This document shows, in pieces, positions 15,116-19,556 of a stretch of 19,556 bases of DNA (positions are counted from its first letter, which is position 1; every line of letters starts with the position of its first letter). The position numbers and the translations under genes are program-made. Origin of the DNA: Oligoflexales bacterium (GTDB taxonomy: Bacteria > Bdellovibrionota_B > Oligoflexia > Oligoflexales > Bog-1112); contig JBGCDR010000350.1 in the NCBI GenBank assembly GCA_045105515.1, forward strand, positions 1-19,556, read 5' to 3'. The notes beneath the pieces are model-generated. The model was not told the origin of the DNA, did not search any database, and saw only the letters and a list, made by a program, of their open reading frames with translations.

Positions 15116-17401
15116 ATGGACCTGGTAAAAATGCTAACTTTGTTACCCAAAAATCGATTAAAAACATATTTTAATTTAATAATATTGATGTGTTATTGTA
15201 TTATTGCAAAAGCAGGCGAGATAAACCTAAATCAAGAGATACTTGAATCACGGGCAAGTATCCAAGCCAATGCGGGCACAATCTTAGCCGAGCAAGGTAG
15301 ATATCTGGTTGATATTCAGTACAGGACAAGTCCCCTGACAGTAAATATTTCAGGGGAAGGTCTACCTGATGATTTAGATCAATCTATTCTCGAGGAAGAT
15401 ATAAAAAATTTTCTTAGAACTCTACCCAAAGCAAACTTAGTTACTTGGCCTAAGTTTAACGTAGATGGGTACACAGTTATTGTTAATTCCGCTTCCCCTT
15501 TTTCAATCATGGACCAGGTTGTTCCAGTTAGAGAAAATCTTTTAGGCAGTTTATTGACTGACACATACTTTATTTATACAGCATTCTCCTCTAACTTTTC
15601 AGAATTCAAATCCGTAGAAATATTTGGTGGGTTTAGTGAGGAAGATAGGGTAGAACTTGAATCTCGGATCAAGGAAATAATTTATGCTAAACCTGGAAAA
15701 AACTTGCTTTACTATCTTAATCGAATATCCAATATAAGAAGGCTATCATCCGGGAAATTTATTCGCAACCTAGCTGGTTACAAGCTAAATGGTTCGCCCA
15801 AAGGTTTCATTTCTAGTAAAGGCCAAGAGCCGATATCGTTCAAAGTTCTTCAAGCAATTAGAAACTTCTTAGAACATGGAACCAGGGATGTAAAAATCAC
15901 CACATGGAACTTTGATGAAAATATAACCGAAGATCAACCTGTTGTTAGAAATTTTAGAACCCTTTCCTATCATACGCTCAGACTTTTTTTGAAAGACAAT
16001 CATGGTTCAATATCTACAACTCCTAATCATCCTTTTTTTGTTTTGGGAAAAGGCTGGATTAAAGCAATCGATCTTAAAAGTGGTGACATATTGGTAGGGA
16101 AGGACTCAAGAATCGAAGTCGCAGGTTCAAAGTTAGAAAAGTTTGCGAAGCCAATGTACCTTTATAATTTGGAAGTTGCAAAATATAACAACTATTTCGT
16201 AGTATCACCAAAAACTAAGAAACATATGCTCGTACACAACTGTAACGAAGAAGACTTCGATGATTATGATGAAGATGAGTACATAGCCATACCACAAGAC
16301 ATAAATCCAGATCACCGAGATCACTCTGACGATCTAGGCCATGTTTGTTTTACCGGTGATACACAAATTCGCCAAAAATACGGAGCTAAGAGTATAAAAC
16401 TTGTCGAGGTCGGTGATGAAGTGCTTTCTTGTAACGACAAAACTAATACCTGTGAGTACAAAGCAGTAGAAAAAATATATCGAACATCTACCAAACAACT
16501 TGTACATGTCAAAGCCGAGGGCATGGCAAAAGCCATTAGATCAACACCAAACCACCCTTATTTTATTGCAGAATTGAATCGATATGTGAAAGCAGATTCG
16601 CTCAAAGTTGGGCAACACTTGGTATATCAAGACCCAGTAACCAAACAAAACAGTCTAGACAAGATAGAGAGTATTGAAAAGGAAAACCTAAGTCGGAAAA
16701 TACCGGTCTATAATTTTGGTGTTCACAAAAACGAAAACTACTACGTAGCTGCTTCAAATGATTTTGGCGATGATATCTTCCATAAGCGGTTCTACAAAGT
16801 GCATAACTGTAGTGTAGGCCTCGATTTTGTTCCAATTGTCGGCGGTGCCAAGGGTATTGGGGAAGCTCTATACGGCAAAGACCTAATAACACAAGAAGAC
16901 CTTGCTTGGTGGGAAAGGTGTATTGCAGCAGGAACAGTTGTTCCTTTTGCAGGACCTTCTGTGAAAAAAATATCAAAAGCCATGAAGGCAGCAAGCAAGG
17001 AAGAGAAAGTACTAAAATATTTTGCTAAACTAGAAAAAGACGCCGAGAAGGTCATTGCAGCAGATGCAAAACTAGCGCAACAGGCAAATGTTGGAGGTTT
17101 TAAAGGCCCTGCTGCTAAAAAGTGGGACTGGGATCATATCATAGATGGACATGCCTCTTGGGGGAAAAAGGCAAAGCATAGAGGTAAGGATCATCAAATA
17201 TTTCATGGTATGACTGAGTCTCAAATCAAGGCGCATACAAAATCAGCATGGAAAAATAGAAAGAATATCGGCACTCAAACCGATGTAACAGGAGTTACTA
17301 GAGTCCGATATCGAGGTACCAATCCTGACAATGGAAAATCTGTTGAATTTTTCTATAATACAAAAACAAAAACTGTTGAAACTGCTTTCCCCGTGGAGTA
17401 A
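15116..17401 (+). CDS. Secreted polymorphic toxin: signal peptide - unknown domain - Hint1 - acidic peptide - Hint2 - PT-TG - nuclease-like (EndoU-like) toxin tip
   Basis: Signal ending AKA; two TPNHP(F/Y)F...YN(L/F)xV...NY(F/Y)V...VHNC Hint units; CFTGDT at the start of Hint2; LDFVPIVGGAKGIGEALYGKDLITQEDLAWWER (PT-TG); basic tip DWDHIIDGH...VETAFP. Confidence 0.85.
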   Translation: MDLVKMLTLLPKNRLKTYFNLIILMCYCIIAKAGEINLNQEILESRASIQANAGTILAEQGRYLVDIQYRTSPLTVNISGEGLPDDLDQSILEEDIKNFLRTLPKANLVTWPKFNVDGYTVIVNSASPFSIMDQVVPVRENLLGSLLTDTYFIYTAFSSNFSEFKSVEIFGGFSEEDRVELESRIKEIIYAKPGKNLLYYLNRISNIRRLSSGKFIRNLAGYKLNGSPKGFISSKGQEPISFKVLQAIRNFLEHGTRDVKITTWNFDENITEDQPVVRNFRTLSYHTLRLFLKDNHGSISTTPNHPFFVLGKGWIKAIDLKSGDILVGKDSRIEVAGSKLEKFAKPMYLYNLEVAKYNNYFVVSPKTKKHMLVHNCNEEDFDDYDEDEYIAIPQDINPDHRDHSDDLGHVCFTGDTQIRQKYGAKSIKLVEVGDEVLSCNDKTNTCEYKAVEKIYRTSTKQLVHVKAEGMAKAIRSTPNHPYFIAELNRYVKADSLKVGQHLVYQDPVTKQNSLDKIESIEKENLSRKIPVYNFGVHKNENYYVAASNDFGDDIFHKRFYKVHNCSVGLDFVPIVGGAKGIGEALYGKDLITQEDLAWWERCIAAGTVVPFAGPSVKKISKAMKAASKEEKVLKYFAKLEKDAEKVIAADAKLAQQANVGGFKGPAAKKWDWDHIIDGHASWGKKAKHRGKDHQIFHGMTESQIKAHTKSAWKNRKNIGTQTDVTGVTRVRYRGTNPDNGKSVEFFYNTKTKTVETAFPVE

Positions 17402-17403
17402 TC

Positions 17404-17856
17404 ATGTTTGAAATAGTTACTACTTTTAAAGATGAAATGTTGTCTGAAGATATTAAGAAGGGACAACCCGAAACCATTGGAATTTGGCTTCAGGACGAGT
17501 TGAATTGTTACCCTCAAACAGATTGGCTTGATAATGGTCTGATACTTCTAAGCTGGTGGACTGTGACGTGGCAATCATTAGCAAATTCCCAACCTAACCA
17601 AGGAATATCGTTTATGGAAGGCCCTTATCTCTTGGTTGCTGAACAGGATCTTAACGGAAATATAATACTTTCTGATATCAAGAATAATATTAATTTTAAA
17701 ATTTCCTTAGAAGATTTTGGTAAGCAACTTAGAAAAGCAATTAACAAAGTTATAAGACATTTTCAGTCTTTAAATCTAAGAAGCGATAATCTGGATGCAT
17801 TGCCAAAATGTTTGAATATTATAGATTCAGAGTTAAAAAAGTTAAAAGCCACATAA
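17404..17856 (+). CDS. Probable cognate immunity protein
   Basis: Starts 2 bp after the toxin stop, with a GGAG RBS inside the toxin end; 150 aa; acidic N-terminal half; no signal peptide. Confidence 0.7.
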   Translation: MFEIVTTFKDEMLSEDIKKGQPETIGIWLQDELNCYPQTDWLDNGLILLSWWTVTWQSLANSQPNQGISFMEGPYLLVAEQDLNGNIILSDIKNNINFKISLEDFGKQLRKAINKVIRHFQSLNLRSDNLDALPKCLNIIDSELKKLKAT

Positions 17857-17868
17857 TGCCATAAGTAT

Positions 17869-18240
17869 TTAGGTCAGAATCGAACTTATCTTTCCCCAAT
17901 TCAAATCCTTTTTTTGCAACACATGGTCATAATCAAGTTTCACTCTATCTTCGTGATCACCAAAGGTTTCATGCAAAGAACAAAGTACCAGTTCTTTAGC
18001 ATATCCAAGGTCATCACGAATAAAACGCGAAATCTGACTTTTAATGGCTGTCCCTGTTCCAAAATCATAGTCAACAATAACAAGGTCAGCCTTGTCGATA
18101 TCCTCTTTCTTAACCCTTTCCTCAAAATCATTTGGCCCTTGAAACAATTGATAGGTAGCGTGACCCTTTAACTCAAATTTTGCATGGTCCAGATAAAACT
18201 GATCATCGTCAATGACGAGGATGTGTGGTTGCTTTTTCAT
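17869..18240 (-). CDS. Single-domain response regulator (receiver)
   Basis: Start moved to MKKQPHILVIDDD (ATG 18240, AAGGA RBS); phospho-Asp DLVIVDYD; LCS; conserved Lys in LQKK. Confidence 0.85.
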   Translation of the reverse strand: MKKQPHILVIDDDQFYLDHAKFELKGHATYQLFQGPNDFEERVKKEDIDKADLVIVDYDFGTGTAIKSQISRFIRDDLGYAKELVLCSLHETFGDHEDRVKLDYDHVLQKKDLNWGKISSILT

Positions 18241-19327
18241 AGTCGTTTCCTTTTGGTAGAGTGATATGAAACTCGACATAATCTTTATCGAATTTAGGTT
18301 TTGTTTTTTTTCCCAAAGAAGAGACACCATTGCTTTCTACGCAGAGTACCCCCCCGCTATCCCTCACGACTTTATTAACAAGTGCAAGACCGATTCCAGT
18401 GCCAACATTTTTGCCATTTGTATAAAACAATTGAAAAATTTTTGATAAATCTTCAGGGTCTATTTTCGATCCAGTGTTACCTATGAGAATCTTTGCATTC
18501 TTACCAAGGTCTTCAGTAGTAATCCAATATTTGCAATTTTGTTCACTAGCGGTTGCTTGATCTGCATTTTTAATTATGTTATCGAGCACTCTTTTAAGGC
18601 TGACGCTGTCAGTCTTGATAAGACCTTTGAAACCTAAATTAAGTTGGTATTTATCACTACAACACTCATGGATGATGTTAGATATTTGCACTTCACTAGA
18701 GTTATTGCTGTCCCTTCCCAGAGAAACCAGATCAGCTACCATAGCATCAGCATATTTAATATCACTTTCAATAGATTGAGCTTGTGCGTCTATATATTGA
18801 CTTAATTCTGAAGGCTCTAGTTTTTTAGCAACTCCCAAAAATTTTTCCATTTTATCAAGCGGCTTTCTAACGTCATGTGCCATCATGTTTGAAACTTCGA
18901 AAACAGCTTTATGTAATGCTTTATTTTTAATGGTATGACGAATCTTTCTATTTATTCCAAAAGTTAGAAAAATAAACTCGATGACAGTAGTAATCTTCAT
19001 TGCGTTGTTTGTTAGATAATTAGATTCAATAATCCCAGTTACGCTGAAAGAGTAGGTGGTCAAACCACATAGTGATGCAATCCCGGCACCAAGCAAGTAT
19101 TTAGCATACAGATCTTCATCTTTTATCCGTGATAGAGACAAAACAATCATCAAAATAGGCGTGCCAGATGAAACAATGATCGTCGGAATGTTTGTCAAAA
19201 TTGGATCAACAAAAAGCAAAACTATTCCCAAAGACCATGCTAATGCTATATAGATGTAGGTAAGCAGTTTTAACCAAAATCGTTGTACCTGTAAGATTTG
19301 AACAAAATAAAGCACACCGAAACCCAT
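18209..19327 (-). CDS. Membrane sensor histidine kinase (7TM-DISM-type), probably 5'-truncated
   Basis: Several TM helices; H-box AHDVRKPL; N-box RVLDNIIKNA; G1-like NTGSKID; F-box IFQLFYT; G2 GTGIGL. The in-frame upstream sequence AYQFLWPHSTYW resembles the 7TM-DISM motif but is preceded by stops. Confidence 0.8.
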   Translation of the reverse strand: MGFGVLYFVQILQVQRFWLKLLTYIYIALAWSLGIVLLFVDPILTNIPTIIVSSGTPILMIVLSLSRIKDEDLYAKYLLGAGIASLCGLTTYSFSVTGIIESNYLTNNAMKITTVIEFIFLTFGINRKIRHTIKNKALHKAVFEVSNMMAHDVRKPLDKMEKFLGVAKKLEPSELSQYIDAQAQSIESDIKYADAMVADLVSLGRDSNNSSEVQISNIIHECCSDKYQLNLGFKGLIKTDSVSLKRVLDNIIKNADQATASEQNCKYWITTEDLGKNAKILIGNTGSKIDPEDLSKIFQLFYTNGKNVGTGIGLALVNKVVRDSGGVLCVESNGVSSLGKKTKPKFDKDYVEFHITLPKGNDYEKATTHPRH

Positions 19328-19556
19328 AGCTATTGCAGCAAATACCCTGACGGATCGGAGTTTCCAATAAGTTGAGTGTGGCCATAAGAACTGATAAGCT
19401 ATGCTATCACGATCAAGAAAGAAAACTTGAATTCAATAAGAAAATGCAAAAATAATCTTGCCGTCCAGAATTCAAAACAAATTTGTGCTTGAAAAAAATA
19501 TTTTCATCAAAATTCCCCTTCCTAAGATGTGTTTAAGAGCTAATAAGAGAAAAATC

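Noticed and set aside
15785..16807. Hint domains as mobile inteins
   Set aside because: No homing endonuclease, and the host is not a conserved housekeeping protein; motifs and context fit pretoxin Hint/BIL domains.
18241..18330. Longer N-terminus for the response regulator
   Set aside because: Inside the kinase gene; ATG 18240 has an AAGGA RBS and begins the receiver fold.
541..19253. Short antisense or alternate-frame ORFs (541-735, 1964-2158, 2192-2392, 2660-3013, 5941-6195, 6753-6944, 8304-8612, 8357-8578, 8880-9113, 9947-10180, 13529-13738, 14253-14585, 14676-14870, 15379-15564, 16321-16536, 16602-16994, 16792-17055, 17914-18171, 17940-18131, 18576-18779, 19056-19253)
   Set aside because: All lie within or largely overlap well-supported genes and show no recognisable motifs; treated as shadow ORFs.
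19433..19474. TGA-as-Trp recoding suggested by two in-frame TGAs upstream of the kinase
   Set aside because: TGA is a real stop for traU, the UDG-like gene and the kinase, and long ORFs here read through with TGG for Trp, consistent with the standard code.

Overview
AT-rich bacterial window with three blocks. (1) 124-11702, minus strand: a tightly coupled operon for an F-like (MPF_F/G-related) type IV secretion system, probably from an ICE or plasmid. It runs sigma70-region-4 protein, hypothetical, second sigma70-region-4 protein, traU, PilB/GspE-type ATPase, traF, pilin, traL, traE, traK, traB, traV, traC, traH-like. The traH-like gene appears cut by an IS5-family (DDE_Tnp_4-like) element at the left edge. 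A divergent XRE-type HTH gene follows, and the intergenic region has an IHF-consensus site and inverted repeats. (2) 12538-14842: candidate defence cargo, namely a membrane protein, a UDG-superfamily protein and a membrane-anchored Mrr-like endonuclease. (3) 15116-17856: a polymorphic toxin with a signal peptide, two tandem Hint domains around a 35-aa acidic peptide, a PT-TG domain and a nuclease-like tip, followed by its immunity candidate. A response regulator and a 5'-degraded 7TM-DISM histidine kinase close the window. The most unusual items are the twin-Hint architecture (Hint1 lacks Cys1, so it resembles an engineered two-intein cyclisation cassette) and a lone MshEN-like PilB/GspE ATPase inside an F-type T4SS operon. 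All family calls come from motif recognition by eye, not database searches.
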